A DNA stretch of 64,000 nucleotides from an uncultured archaeon (GCA_963782915.1 CAWALK010000001.1:64001-128000), one strand, 5' to 3'. Positions 21,029 through 32,549 are shown, counted from the stretch's first letter. Notes: generated from the letters alone by a model not told the origin. Made by a program: numbers and translations.

Positions 21029-21610
21029 TTAGGCTTTTACCAGCCTATAACCCATTTTAGTACCCCTGCCAAACTTGTAAGCCAAATTGATAATTAGTAT
21101 ACCCATAGCCTCCAGATACCGCGCAGACTTTAAAGGCCCACAATCCACTGGGTCAAAACCTATATCACGAGTTAGTTGTGCAACAATCTGTTTCGCGCCT
21201 GCATCGTCGCCTGCAAAAAACGCGGTTAACTGCTGATCAGCCACTTTGGCGGTGCTCTGGTTAGGCGCAAAAACCGTGTTAAAAGCTTTAACGACGTGTG
21301 CTTTAGGCAGTTTCTTCTGGGTTTCCTCGGCAGTGGAAGTGGTGCAGCTGATTCCCAAATCCATGCTTTCTCCGATGGCGTTCATGACGTCAATTACCGT
21401 TTTGCCGTCTGAGTAGGGTTTGATGTTTTCTCTGGCGTCGTCTGCGTTGTTATGTGGGACTGCGAGGATGATTACTTCGCCCCATTTTGCTGCGTCAGCT
21501 ACTGATTCGTTGGGGTCGCGGTGGCCAAACTTGGTTTCATGCCCACCTCTGCTTAAGCCTTGTTGGAGGGCGGTTCCAACGTTTCCTTTTCCGATTATTG
21601 CAATTTTCAA
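21029..21610 (-). CDS. NADPH-dependent F420 reductase-family oxidoreductase
   Basis: Motifs IIGKGNVG, ILAVP, IDVMN, VVKAFNT, AGDD, GF.PVDCGPL..AR.LE. Confidence 0.85.
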   Translation of the reverse strand: MKIAIIGKGNVGTALQQGLSRGGHETKFGHRDPNESVADAAKWGEVIILAVPHNNADDARENIKPYSDGKTVIDVMNAIGESMDLGISCTTSTAEETQKKLPKAHVVKAFNTVFAPNQSTAKVADQQLTAFFAGDDAGAKQIVAQLTRDIGFDPVDCGPLKSARYLEAMGILIINLAYKFGRGTKMGYRLVKA

Positions 21611-21799
21611 AATTTTCGCCTCAAATAGTGGTGTTCTATGGGGGCTTTTTAGTGGTTGTGACTTCATGTTGATACAACAAAGGCTTCTATGGGAAACAAA
21701 GGGGTCAAAAACTGGGGAATTCGATAGGATGGATTTGTCAAACGATTAATCACTTTATGGCTTTTTCTAATAAGGGCTATTATTTCTTTTCAGCAAGTG

Positions 21800-23246
21800 T
21801 CAATCGGTATGTGGGGCAACGTTCTTGTTTAAGAGTAAGTAAGCAGGATACGCTAAAGATGCCAGAATTAAACCTATAACAAGAAATTGCATATCCGTTG
21901 TTCCAATTGGTGTAGGCCAAATAAGCAAGCTTGAGCTGTTGACATTCCTTATGAATCCCACCATCAAGTCATGCCGGATTGAATAACTCAAATTCGCCAA
22001 AAAACTCACAGTTATCGCCAAGGAAATCAAGCCTGCCGCTACAAGGTTGTAGACTGAGGCTTTGATTTTTGTGAATGCGAACCCTAAAAAAATTACCAGC
22101 AGCGTGGAGGGAATGTACATGTATCTTGCGATGCTTGCCCAGCCGCCAACCCAGAAGTCCCGCTGAATGCTTCCCCCAAGGTTTGCCCACGACATAAACA
22201 CCCAAAAAACAATTATGACCGAAGCAAACAAGAACACCTCTTTTCTGTGGTTATTTTTGAATTCCTTGGCTGCCAAGAAAGCAACCAGCAAGATGGGTGA
22301 AACAAAAAATATACCTACAGGGGAGAAAAGTGAACCGATGATGCCTTCAAGGTTTAGCCATGTGCCATGTTGGAGCCGAAAAGAGAATTTCAAAAGCCAT
22401 CGATTGATGCTCGATTTGGCGGGGCGTAGTGAATAGGTTTCCTGTTGTCGAGAGGTTCCATGCAGAAAATAGTATGATGATTGGCAGTATTCCAAGCATC
22501 AGCGTATAGAAGCTTTTCTTTGCTTGAGGGAGGCCAATCTTGAAGAGGTAATAGAGGAAGAACGGTGCCGTGATGATTGAAGCGTTAAAGGAGAAAACCA
22601 TCAATGCATAGAAGAATCCAAAAAAGAACAGAGGCATCAGTTTGCGGCTTGATTTATAATTTAGCAGAAAAACTATCGCTGCAAGCATAAGCATTGCACT
22701 GACTGGTTGGGGATAGAGCAGTTTAGCGTAAGTAAAAGCCATGGTGGCGAAGGCAAAGATGAATGCCGCAACTGTTGCCAATGTTTCCCCCTGATTTAGG
22801 CTAAGGCAGATTTTACGAACCAACAAAGCACTTACTACCGTAAAAAACATCATACCCACCATGACTGAGCGTATGAGATAATTTGAGCCTAAAAGCAAAT
22901 TGCCCACCGTATAGAAGGGAACAAGCAACGCTGCGGTTACGGGTTCAGCTATCGTATAATATTTGTCGCCTACCACAACAAAGTCCCTTGAAAGATCAGG
23001 TGGTCCACCTTGCGAGATCCAGTTTCTGCCTTGAGCGAATGCGCCTGTTTCATAGTAGACTGCATAACATTCAGAGGTATGCAGATGCTCAACCCAGTCG
23101 GAGCTGAAAATGTAGCCTTTGTCGCTGGGTTCAGGCTGGCTGGGGTAATTGCAGACATCAAAAGAAGACGCCATATAGACAGCGAAGATAACTATGACTA
23201 TTAATGCGGCGCGTTTATCTTTGAACAAGCAAGAGAGGGTTTTCAT
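21800..23246 (-). CDS. Multipass membrane protein, GT-C (PMT/ArnT-like) glycosyltransferase candidate; split by an indel near 22360
   Basis: Many TM segments, SSD loop, G.LFSP.G.F..SP motif, WVGGW..ARY. Confidence 0.55.
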
Positions 23247-23344
23247 GCTTCATTCACTTGCTTTAGCCTTTATCTCTGGTTATGGCTTAAAAGTTTTAAG
23301 CTAAACCACCCTCTGTAGCGGGCACCTAATTTTTGAGTAAGGCC

Positions 23345-23386
23345 GCTTTTGTTGCTCTCAGAGACCTCCCCTCCCCTTATTTAAAG
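23345..23386 (+). repeat. Repeat family A core copy
   Basis: GCTTTTGTTGCTCTCAGAGACCTCCCCTCCCCTTATTTAAAG. Confidence 0.75.
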
Positions 23387-23420
23387 CCGAAAAAGTTGGT
23401 CTTGTCTCAATAAACTATGG

Positions 23421-23954
23421 CTAACTATACTTTTCGATGATTTCCCTGATTATGTTGAGGTTACGGGTGGTTGCTTTGGTTTTCAGTACTTTCTCCACAA
23501 ACGGATTAGGCAAAGCACCTTCCCCACCACCATGGGTTACACTGAATACTTCCGTGTCTTTTAGGGCGATTATTTGTGCAGTGGATTTGGGAATCGTTGT
23601 GGGCAGATTCAGTGGAAAAGTGATTATCGGGGCATTGAGAAAAGTGACTAAAAAGCTTGTGCCTTCGCTGTTTTGGTTTTTGAAGGGGTCATCGGTGAGG
23701 ATTTCTTTGAGTTGGGGGATTGTGCGCAGGAAAACTGGTACTTCAAAACCTAAAGTACTTTTGAGGCAGCTTTCGATTTTGGTTTTTATTTCTTGGGGGT
23801 TGGTGTCTTTGGTTTCGAAGATTACGTTGCCGCTCTGCTTGTAGGTAGCCACATTTTGGAAACCCAACGAGTTAAAGGCACTAGTCAACGTCTCTTTTTT
23901 GGCGATGTGACCTCCAACGTTGATTCCCCGCAGAAAAGCAACAAAACAGCCCAT
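23421..23954 (-). CDS. DUF1697 family protein
   Basis: Motifs AFLRGINVGG, V.TY.QSGNV.F, T.RN. Confidence 0.88.
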   Translation of the reverse strand: MGCFVAFLRGINVGGHIAKKETLTSAFNSLGFQNVATYKQSGNVIFETKDTNPQEIKTKIESCLKSTLGFEVPVFLRTIPQLKEILTDDPFKNQNSEGTSFLVTFLNAPIITFPLNLPTTIPKSTAQIIALKDTEVFSVTHGGGEGALPNPFVEKVLKTKATTRNLNIIREIIEKYS

Positions 23955-24072
23955 AACAACCTGTAAGTTTAAAGTACAATATAACCTCTAACATGAAACT
24001 CTGGGTATGTAACGATGTTTCGTGGCGCTTTATATCTAAAATCCATCGTAAGATGTTAAACGGGTCAAACAA

Positions 24073-24680
24073 ATGACAACAAACACAGCACAAAAACTCA
24101 AACGGGAATCAAACAGCCTTTTAGGGCTCTCAATAATCAACATAATCAGCAGCGCAATGGTCTTGGCTTTCGGCGCAAGCGCACTCTTCCCTAACATAAT
24201 TACAATGTTTAATGCCAAAAGCATACTTCTGCCAGAACTCATTTGGGCAATTCTGGGTGGTCTAGCATTTGCTATTGGAATGAGATGGTTAGTTGCCACC
24301 GCAGAGGTACTTGAAATACACGAGCAACTAAAAGAAGGCTCCAAAAAAGCGAACGAAAACGAAGACGCCTTAACGGGCGTAATTGTTGACGCTATGGCTA
24401 GTTACCGAGAGAAAAAAGGTACCATCAAACTGATGATGACGATTAGTCGAATTGCGGGAGTCTGCTTCCTCATAGCCGGAACCTACACAATAATAACCTC
24501 AGCTATTGCAGGTGGAGCCAACCTATGGTTAATTGCAGGTGCAATCCCAACTTCGCCATCGCCGCTGCAGCATTCATCATTCCCCACTTCTTTTCCAAAT
24601 ATCAACAAGTCTGGGATAGCCGCATAAAAGAAACCGAGAAAGCCGAAGCATTGCTGCAGAAACAGTTGGGGGCTATTTAA
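24073..24680 (+). CDS. Hypothetical membrane protein (indel near 24550)
   Basis: Several TM segments; corrected frame ends at TAA overlapping the next ATG. Confidence 0.55.
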
Positions 24681-24954
24681 TGCAGTTTAAGCGGACGCAT
24701 TACGAGATTTACTGGGAAATCCTGACTTACTGCAAGACCCCCGATCCTTCACTAGCATAATTAATCGCTGTAATCTCAACTCGAAAATTGGGCAGGTGCA
24801 TCTGGATTTCCTAAAAAGCCGCCGCTTCCTTGCAGAGGTACAAGACGAGGGCATGACACTACTGAAAGCAACTGACGCAGCCAAAGAGTACATCGCACTA
24901 TTCAACAAGACTTACCGCGAACTCTTCGATGACAGCCCCGAATTCAGAATATAG
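24680..24954 (+). CDS. Winged-HTH regulator (missing from the ORF track; C-homopolymer indel near 24740)
   Basis: Manual translation MQFKRTHYEIYWEILTYCKT / RSFTSIINRCNLNSKIGQVHLDFL... Confidence 0.7.
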
Positions 24955-25863
24955 CTAAGCTGGTTGTTCGAGCCAGTTGCGAGAGCCACAAATGCGTCGT
25001 CCAGCAATGCCTAAACTTAGACAGTCCTTTTCAGGGCACATCTCTACACACCGCAAACACAATATACACATCGATGTATCAATGGAGCCGCCTTTTTTCT
25101 CGTAGACCTCGGTAACTTGAACTGGACAAGCTCTTTGGCAGATGCCGCATTTGGTGCATTTTTCGCCGTTTTTATTTAGGCGTAGAAGCGGTGCCCACCA
25201 GAACGGCTTGAACCTGTTGAAGGCGGCGAGGGATATGCCTGTGGGGCAGAATCGACACCAGAAACGGCGCACCTTAAAGGACGCGGCTAAAACCGCAACC
25301 ACAAACAGGTAAGAAAGCGGTAACGCGAAGCCTGTATCTTTAAGGTACATGAGAAATTCGCCAACATAGGGAAAAGTCAAGTAAACCCCGCCTACTCCTG
25401 CGAGTGCTCCAAACGGCGGATGCCAAGGCAAAACAACTGGCTGAAGCGGCTCCAAAAGAAACGCAAACGGCGTAAAGGGTTGGCGCAACCAAACAAAGTT
25501 TCCAGCATCAAGCCATGAATAGGTGCCCAAAGGAAAACCAGATAGAACTATCAAAAGAATTGCCAATGCGATTAGGTACCGTGTTTTATGCAGGGTCTCG
25601 TTGAGTTTTCTCGGTAGTGACCAATGGCTAATTCTTAGTAGCCTTCGCAGTAGCGTCATTGTGTCCATGTATAAGCCAAGTGGGCAAACCCAACCGCAAA
25701 AGAATCTGCCTAGAAGCAGGGTTGCGCCGATTATTATTGCCAGAAGCAGTCCTTTCCAGACGGCAACAATCGACACGTAGAAGATCAAGAACAGAAACAG
25801 CAGTTGAATGATTGTCCGAACAATGCTGATTCGTTTAGTCTTATCTTTTATCCAGTTCAGCAA
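24955..25863 (-). CDS. Membrane 4Fe-4S protein (NapH/MauN-like)
   Basis: Motifs GRFFCGWVCPLG, RFWCRFCP.G, and two CxxCxxCxxxCP. Confidence 0.85.
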   Translation of the reverse strand: MLNWIKDKTKRISIVRTIIQLLFLFLIFYVSIVAVWKGLLLAIIIGATLLLGRFFCGWVCPLGLYMDTMTLLRRLLRISHWSLPRKLNETLHKTRYLIALAILLIVLSGFPLGTYSWLDAGNFVWLRQPFTPFAFLLEPLQPVVLPWHPPFGALAGVGGVYLTFPYVGEFLMYLKDTGFALPLSYLFVVAVLAASFKVRRFWCRFCPTGISLAAFNRFKPFWWAPLLRLNKNGEKCTKCGICQRACPVQVTEVYEKKGGSIDTSMCILCLRCVEMCPEKDCLSLGIAGRRICGSRNWLEQPA

Positions 25864-26040
25864 TACCCGACCCCCTCAACTGCTTCTATAGAATGAACAG
25901 TATTCTGTAAAGTGAGGCTTTTTCTGAGTTTAAGTAGATTTCTTCTTACGTGCACCATTTTAGCGAGCAATACTTTCAAGAAGAAACAATAGTTTTCTGA
26001 AAAGCTTAACTTCCCAAAAAACAATTCAATATGACCAAAC

Positions 26041-26808
26041 ATGGGAATGCTCGAAGTAAAAGACTTATCCGTCAAAGTTGAAGGCAAACTTATCCTAAAA
26101 GACCTGAACTTTGACTTAAAAGCAGGCGCCAGCCACATCCTTTTTGGACCCAACGGTTCAGGAAAAACCACCCTCATAAGCACACTAATGGGGTTACCTG
26201 GATACGAAGTGGTTTCGGGCAAGATACTCTTTGAAGGGGTCGATATTACCAATAAAGGCGTTGATGAACGCTCTAAAATGGGCATAATCGTTAGTTTCCA
26301 GAATCCTCCTGAAATCACAGGTGTAAAATTGGGTGATTTGCTAAAACTCTGTCTGGGCAAGACCACCTCTGACGAGTTCAGCCCAGAGGAGATGGCGCAG
26401 ATTGAAGCCTTCCGCCTAACCGACTTCCTTAATCGGGACGTTAACTTGGGTTTCAGCGGTGGGGAACGCAAACGCTCCGAGATTTTACAGTTAATTTTCC
26501 TTAGACCCAAACTGCTCCTTCTTGATGAACCCGATTCAGGCGTAGACGTCGAGAGCTTAAAGATGATATCTACGGAGATTCAGAAGTACCTTGAAGCCAC
26601 AGGCGCCTCCGCATTGATTATCACGCATAAAGGCGACATTTTAGAGTACATCAAAGCATCATATGGCTGCATATTGCTGGATGGTCAATTCCACTGCTTC
26701 AAAGACCCCCTGCGAATCTACGAGGACATCAAAGCGGTGGGTTATGAGGAATGTGTTGCTTGCAGAATAAGAACAAGTGAAGGCTGGAAAAATGGACAAA
26801 GAAAGTAG
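26041..26808 (+). CDS. sufC: Fe-S cluster assembly ATPase SufC (minimal SUF/SMS type)
   Basis: Motifs GPNGSGKT, GFSGGERKR.E, LLDEPDSGVD, C-terminal CxxC. Confidence 0.92.
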   Translation: MGMLEVKDLSVKVEGKLILKDLNFDLKAGASHILFGPNGSGKTTLISTLMGLPGYEVVSGKILFEGVDITNKGVDERSKMGIIVSFQNPPEITGVKLGDLLKLCLGKTTSDEFSPEEMAQIEAFRLTDFLNRDVNLGFSGGERKRSEILQLIFLRPKLLLLDEPDSGVDVESLKMISTEIQKYLEATGASALIITHKGDILEYIKASYGCILLDGQFHCFKDPLRIYEDIKAVGYEECVACRIRTSEGWKNGQRK

Positions 26809-27916
26809 CTTAACCAAACTTCCGCACGAAATCCTCATGGAAGCCCAAAAGGCTGGTTTCGAAGGCGAAGCTAAGAATCGTTCGGGCACATTCATGCACT
26901 TAAATCAGGAGACGGTTGCCTCCAAGGTGAACGAGTTATATGAGGGCAAACTGGAGCTCATGGACATAAAAGCGGCACTTAAAAAGTATCCGTGGCTCGA
27001 AGAGTACCGCTGGAAACTCGTAAACAAAGACAAAGATGAATACACCAAAAAAGTTGCGGAGGACTACAGCGGCGGCTACTTCATGCGTATCCTAAAAGGC
27101 GCCGAACTCGCGTTTCCACTGCAATCCTGTATGCTCATTACCCAGAATCATCTTGAACAGCGAGTACACAACATCATCATCGCCGAAGAAGATTCCAAAG
27201 CCCACATAATCACCAGTTGCCTACAACACTCAACAGTTCCAAATGCTTCGCACATGGGTATCTCCGAAATTTACGTCAAAAAAGGCGCCATGCTAAACTT
27301 TACGATGATTCATCAATGGAGCGAAAACACAATGGTACGCCCCCGAAGCGGTGCACAAGTAGACGACAACGCTACCTTCGTCTCAAACTACGTTTGCATG
27401 CGCCCAGTAAAAGACATCCAAATGTATCCCGTCGCCTACTGCAAAGGCGTCAATTCCCGAGTAAGCTTCAACAGCATACTCTACGGACACAGGAACAGCC
27501 AATTAGATACAGGGTCGAAAGCTGTTCTAACTGGGCAAGGCAGCAAAGCAGAAATGGTCAGCCGCGCTATCGCCCGTGAAGGCTCAAAAATGATTGTCCG
27601 AGGCATGATCGAGGGTCATACTCCTGATTGCAAAGGGCACTTAGAATGTAAGGGCTTAATCATGGATGACGAATCTTTCATGCAGTCGATTCCAGAGTTG
27701 ATTGCGACCAAGAAGGGTGTGGAAATTACCCATGAAGCCGCTGTTGGCAAGATAAGCGAGAAAGAGATTACGTATTTGATGACTAGGCGGCTGTCGCGTG
27801 AGCAGGCGGTTTCGTTGATTATCCGCGGGTTCATGGATGTGGGTATTCTGGGGTTGCCTGAAGCGCTCAATAAGGAAATCAAGGCGATTGTGGATTCTTC
27901 GGCTGCTGGAGAGTAA
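26792..27916 (+). CDS. sufB: Fe-S cluster scaffold SufB/SufD family
   Basis: Motifs PLQSC, Q.VHN.II, GHLECKGL, P.L...THEAAVGKI. Confidence 0.9.
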   Translation: MDKESSLTKLPHEILMEAQKAGFEGEAKNRSGTFMHLNQETVASKVNELYEGKLELMDIKAALKKYPWLEEYRWKLVNKDKDEYTKKVAEDYSGGYFMRILKGAELAFPLQSCMLITQNHLEQRVHNIIIAEEDSKAHIITSCLQHSTVPNASHMGISEIYVKKGAMLNFTMIHQWSENTMVRPRSGAQVDDNATFVSNYVCMRPVKDIQMYPVAYCKGVNSRVSFNSILYGHRNSQLDTGSKAVLTGQGSKAEMVSRAIAREGSKMIVRGMIEGHTPDCKGHLECKGLIMDDESFMQSIPELIATKKGVEITHEAAVGKISEKEITYLMTRRLSREQAVSLIIRGFMDVGILGLPEALNKEIKAIVDSSAAGE

Positions 27917-27986
27917 AGTATCACCTAATCTGCTTCCCAATTTTTTAGGGAATAAAACTGCGTCATTCTGCTTGCGGTTTGCTCCA

Positions 27987-28088
27987 CAACCAGACTGCAA
28001 CCCAACCGAAACGCTGAAGCCAAAACACATTGCATCTGCAAAGCCTGTTGGTTGTTGTTGAAATAAGAGGAGCCCACAGCAATAACCA
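27987..28088 (+). repeat. Dispersed repeat family B, copy 2 (more diverged)
   Basis: CAACCAGACTGCAAC...CCAAAACAC..., then TTGGTTGTTGTTG 61 nt later, then GCAATAAC. Confidence 0.6.
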
Positions 28089-28258
28089 AGACAAAAAAAC
28101 AGCCAAAAACCAGTAAGGGACAAACGCCAAAACAATTACTTAGCAAACGTTAAAATCCCAACGTTCCCTCTCAATTTTAGGGGACACCAACAGTTGTTCC
28201 TCAGAAACGCCTTTAAGCGAAACATGATTTTCTCTTAAGCTTCAAGGTTGCGGGCTTT

Positions 28259-31200
28259 ATGGCGAAACCAATGCACAAAAACAGCAACGATTCTAACGGT
28301 ACCTCAGCTGCCAACATAAAACCCGCCATAAGCACCGAAGACGTACTGAGCCTTTCAGCACAAGATATTCTACAGCGCCTAAATACTTCAACCCAGGGAC
28401 TCAGCTCGGGAGAAGCAGAAGAACGCATAGAAATTTACGGTCGCAACGAACTTGCCCGAAAAAAGAAAAGCGCAGCCATAATTAATTTTCTCTCACGCTT
28501 CAAAAGCCCCCTTGTAATCATCTTAATGATAGCAGGCGCCATATCCGCTGCCCTTGGATCATACCCAAGTGTAATCGTCATCTACACCATGGTTATCCTA
28601 AGTGTCACATTAGCATATTATCAGGAAACAAACGCTTCAAAAGCTGCAGAACTACTAAGAGAAAAAGTCGCCACTTCAGCAACAGTAATCAGAGACAAGA
28701 CAAAACAAGAAATTAAACTTCCCTTCATCGTACCTGGCGACATAATCTATCTTTCAGCTGGCGATATTACTCCCGCAGACGCCAGAATCATCGAAGCTAA
28801 AGACTTATTCGTAAACCAGTCAGCCCTAACAGGCGAATCTTTTCCAGTCGAAAAAACCGCTTCGCCGATTAAAACAAGAGGCGGATCCATCACTGAATGG
28901 ACTAACTACTCTTTCATGGGCACCTCCGTTGTAAGTGGAACAGCAACAGCCGTGGTAGTCAAGACTGGCGGCTTAACAGAATACGGAAAAATCGCTCAAA
29001 GACTCGTTGAAAAAGCTCCAGAGACAGAGTTTGAATTAGGCATTAAAAAATTCGGTTTTCTCATCATGCAGGTTACCCTGCTTTTGGTATTATTCGTTTT
29101 CATGATACAGGCGCTTCTTCACCCCGACCCAGAAGGCATATTGACTGCACTGCTATTCGCGGTTGCATTAGCGGTAGGTTTAACGCCTGAACTTCTGCCC
29201 ATGATTATCACCATTAACCTCTCTAAAGGCGCCATGGCGATGTCCAAGAAAGGGGTTATTGTAAAGCGTTTATCCGCTATCGAAACGTTTGGCAGCATGA
29301 ACGTTCTATGTACAGACAAGACCGGAACGCTTACAGAGAACCAAATCAAACTCTTACTACACATCGACATGGAGGGTAAAGAGGACGAAAAAGTACTACT
29401 CTATTCCTTCCTAAACAGCCGTCTTCAAACAGGACTAAAAAGTCCCCTCGACGAAGCTATCCTCAAACATCAAGAAATAGACATAACAGAATATCAAAAA
29501 ATCGATGAAGTACCCTTTGACTTTGTCAGAAGACGAGTCTCAGTCGTAGTGGAGCGCAATAGACAACGATTCTTCCTCGCTAAAGGCGCACCAGAAGAAA
29601 TACTCAAAGTATGCTCATACTATGAACTTGACGGATTAACCGCCGATATTTCCGAAGAGGTCCGACGAAAAATTGAGCAGAAATACTTTGACTTAAGCGC
29701 TGAAGGCTTAAGAGTATTAGGCGTCGCAAGCAAAAAACTCAAGGAAGAAAAAGCGGTTTACTCGATAAATGACGAAAGCAACATGACTTTCTTGGGGTTT
29801 GTTGCTTTCCTTGACCCGCCTAAAGAAACAGCAAAAGAATCACTTCGGTTGCTGGGCAAAGCTGGCGTTGAACTAAAAATCCTCACTGGCGACAATGAAT
29901 TAGTCACCAAGAAAGTATGCGCTGAACTAGGCTTCGAAGTTAAAAGCGTCATTTTGGGTAGCGAAATCCTAAACATGACAGACGAAGCTCTCTCAGCTGT
30001 TGTAGAAGAAGCAAACGTCTTCGCAAGAGTCACACCGGCACAAAAAGACCGAATAATCGAGCTCTTGAAAAAGAACGGCCATGTTGTAGGCTTCATGGGC
30101 GACGGAATTAACGATGCCCCTTCGCTTAAAACCTCAGATGTAGGAGTCTCCGTTAATAACGCGGTCGATGTCGCAAGAGAATCAGCCGACATTATCCTAT
30201 TGAAAAATGATTTGACAGTGCTAGCAGAGGGTGTGCTGGAGGGAAGAAAAACCTTCGGAAACACCATGAAATACATCATGATGGGAGTAAGCTCAAATTT
30301 CGGCAACATGTTTAGCGCCGCTGGCGGCTCATTATTCCTAAACTTTTTGCCAATGTTGCCCATCCAGATTCTGTTAAACAATCTGCTCTACGATACCTCT
30401 CAGACTGTCATGACAACCGACAACGTTGACCCCGAATACATTGAGCGACCCAAAAGATGGGACATTTCGTTCATTCGACGCTTCATGATTACGTTAGGTC
30501 CCGTAAGCTCATTATTTGATTTTGTGACGTTCTTTACAATGCTGTTTGTATTTAATGCTTGGAACAACCCCGCTTTATTCCAGACAGCTTGGTTTACAGA
30601 ATCTCTTTGTTCACAAACACTTGTGGTATTAATTATTCGAACTCGACGTATACCTTTCTATAAAAGCAAGCCCAGTAGATACCTAACTTTAATGCTTCTG
30701 GGTGTAATCGCTTTTGCACTATTAGTGCCCTATACGCCGGTAGGTGACTTCTTCGGGTTTATACCCCTTCCACCCGCGTTTTATTTGGCCTTGGTAGGGA
30801 TATTGGTAGCTTACGCATTGCTAGCTGAAACAGTGAAAAAATGGTTCTATAAACACAATGCCCAACGCTTAGAGCAGGTTCGCGTAGTCAAAGTTAAAAC
30901 TGTCTTTTCGGACCGATCAGTAAAGTTCATGCAGGAGATGATTGCAGTGATTAGCCTACGAAGTGAAGACGAATTCTCAATTGAATCTTTAACTGACGAT
31001 TTAAACAGCGCCATTAACTACCCACTAAACTCAAATGATTTAGCAAGAAACCTCCAATACCTCAGACGTTCAAACTTAATCAGTGTGGACTGGAACAAGC
31101 GAACCATAAAACGTCAAAAAGCACTAAAAGACTACGTTCAAAAAACTGTTATTGACACACCAACTTGGGCAGCGTCAAGTGAGAACTGGCGTAAAATCAA

Positions 31201-31267
31201 CGCTGTACTGCTAAACAAGTGGGGCAAAGTCAACACGGAATACCAGCAACTGCTCACTAAGCAATAA
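28259..31267 (+). CDS. mgtA: Magnesium-translocating P-type ATPase with a C-terminal extension
   Basis: Motifs LTGES, AVGLTPE.LP, DKTGTLT, PFDF.RRR.SV, GDGINDAP, SSNFGNMFS, FQT.WF.ES. Confidence 0.92.
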   Translation: MAKPMHKNSNDSNGTSAANIKPAISTEDVLSLSAQDILQRLNTSTQGLSSGEAEERIEIYGRNELARKKKSAAIINFLSRFKSPLVIILMIAGAISAALGSYPSVIVIYTMVILSVTLAYYQETNASKAAELLREKVATSATVIRDKTKQEIKLPFIVPGDIIYLSAGDITPADARIIEAKDLFVNQSALTGESFPVEKTASPIKTRGGSITEWTNYSFMGTSVVSGTATAVVVKTGGLTEYGKIAQRLVEKAPETEFELGIKKFGFLIMQVTLLLVLFVFMIQALLHPDPEGILTALLFAVALAVGLTPELLPMIITINLSKGAMAMSKKGVIVKRLSAIETFGSMNVLCTDKTGTLTENQIKLLLHIDMEGKEDEKVLLYSFLNSRLQTGLKSPLDEAILKHQEIDITEYQKIDEVPFDFVRRRVSVVVERNRQRFFLAKGAPEEILKVCSYYELDGLTADISEEVRRKIEQKYFDLSAEGLRVLGVASKKLKEEKAVYSINDESNMTFLGFVAFLDPPKETAKESLRLLGKAGVELKILTGDNELVTKKVCAELGFEVKSVILGSEILNMTDEALSAVVEEANVFARVTPAQKDRIIELLKKNGHVVGFMGDGINDAPSLKTSDVGVSVNNAVDVARESADIILLKNDLTVLAEGVLEGRKTFGNTMKYIMMGVSSNFGNMFSAAGGSLFLNFLPMLPIQILLNNLLYDTSQTVMTTDNVDPEYIERPKRWDISFIRRFMITLGPVSSLFDFVTFFTMLFVFNAWNNPALFQTAWFTESLCSQTLVVLIIRTRRIPFYKSKPSRYLTLMLLGVIAFALLVPYTPVGDFFGFIPLPPAFYLALVGILVAYALLAETVKKWFYKHNAQRLEQVRVVKVKTVFSDRSVKFMQEMIAVISLRSEDEFSIESLTDDLNSAINYPLNSNDLARNLQYLRRSNLISVDWNKRTIKRQKALKDYVQKTVIDTPTWAASSENWRKINAVLLNKWGKVNTEYQQLLTKQ

Positions 31268-31449
31268 AATCCTCTATGCGAAGTCTACTTCGCATGTTTG
31301 TTAAGTCCAGCAACGCTGTTTTGTGAAGCTGAATATGCAAGTTAGCGTCTCCTTGCCCCGACGGCTTGTCAAGCAGGCAAATTGGCGTTCTCAAAAACCG
31401 TTATTTCAAAAGAACCCAACAGGCAAGCTATAAGAGGGTTTGGAAACAA

Positions 31450-31812
31450 ATGCCAAATACATGTTGGGACTGCCAATATAACAGCTTAAAACTCAAGGTT
31501 CTCGTGCCCTACGACCGCACAATAAAAGAGTACATGCACCGTACAGGCAACTTTCAATCTGAAATAGTCGCCGTCGTTAAAGAAAAACATGGACAATACA
31601 CGGTATGGTACCGCTCGGAAGGCGAAATGAGAATTGTCACGTTCAAGATGCTGCACGTCTGCAGCCTAAAAATGGAGCAACCAAAAAAACAAGTCGCCTG
31701 CCCCAGCTACTGCCGCAAAGAAGAACAAAACGTAGTAAGCAACATTATCTACAGCAAACTGCCAATGCCTGAAGAAATCAAAACAGAGCTACTGCAGCAA
31801 GCAGAGCTTTAG
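31450..31812 (+). CDS. Hypothetical Cys-containing protein
   Basis: MPNTCWDCQY...C...CP.YC, possible Zn binding. Confidence 0.5.
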   Translation: MPNTCWDCQYNSLKLKVLVPYDRTIKEYMHRTGNFQSEIVAVVKEKHGQYTVWYRSEGEMRIVTFKMLHVCSLKMEQPKKQVACPSYCRKEEQNVVSNIIYSKLPMPEEIKTELLQQAEL

Positions 31813-32549
31813 ATTCTTTTTCCTTTTTCCCAATAATACAAAAACAAATCTTTAACCCAACCCATAAAAACTGGGTCTATGCCGTAGAAGGCTGAGTAAT
31901 CCATTTTTCCACCGTTTAGGCGCAGGCAAATCATCGCTTCTTTTTCGCTCAAAGCTATGACTATGGGTATTTCGGGTAACCCTCGGATTTCCATGTTCGC
32001 TATATTCGGAGCGCTCGGAGGTAGCTTGCTTTCGGGAATAAGGAACCTTAGTTTTATGCCCTTTGATACTTGTTGATCCATAACTGGACCCATAAGTTCA
32101 GGAACCACACCCTCCGCCAAACCCCAGCCGAACTGCTGCATCTCAATGAAAAGTCTTTGAGCTCTATTCAGGCTCTCCATCGTATCAGCGATAAAAGTGG
32201 CTGCGTCGAGTTCGCCTAAGCGGTTGATGAATTGGTAAGGCAAAGTTAGGGCATCGTGGGTGGAGAAGTATTCACGGTGTTTTAGCAGAAAATTCAGTGG
32301 AGACGAAAGCTGCAATACGAGCTTGCCGTAGGGTGTAATGGTGAAGGTGCCTTCAGGCTGCCGCGCAACCAGCGACGCCGCACTCAACCGCTCAAGTTGC
32401 CTAAACGCCTCCGTTGCCGTCACATCTAGCCGCCGTGCAATCTCCTGCATCTTAAGCGACTCCCTCTGCAACTCGTTTAGTATTGATAGTCTGCTGTCGC
32501 TTGCCAACTCAAAAAACAATTTCGCCAACTCAACTTGATTCTCCACCAC
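31809..32549 (-). CDS. ArsR-type wHTH regulator (DUF1724/FilR1-like)
   Basis: LFFELASD.RL.IL, HTH, YF.TH, C-terminal W..DLF.YYW. Confidence 0.75.
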   Translation of the reverse strand: MVENQVELAKLFFELASDSRLSILNELQRESLKMQEIARRLDVTATEAFRQLERLSAASLVARQPEGTFTITPYGKLVLQLSSPLNFLLKHREYFSTHDALTLPYQFINRLGELDAATFIADTMESLNRAQRLFIEMQQFGWGLAEGVVPELMGPVMDQQVSKGIKLRFLIPESKLPPSAPNIANMEIRGLPEIPIVIALSEKEAMICLRLNGGKMDYSAFYGIDPVFMGWVKDLFLYYWEKGKRI

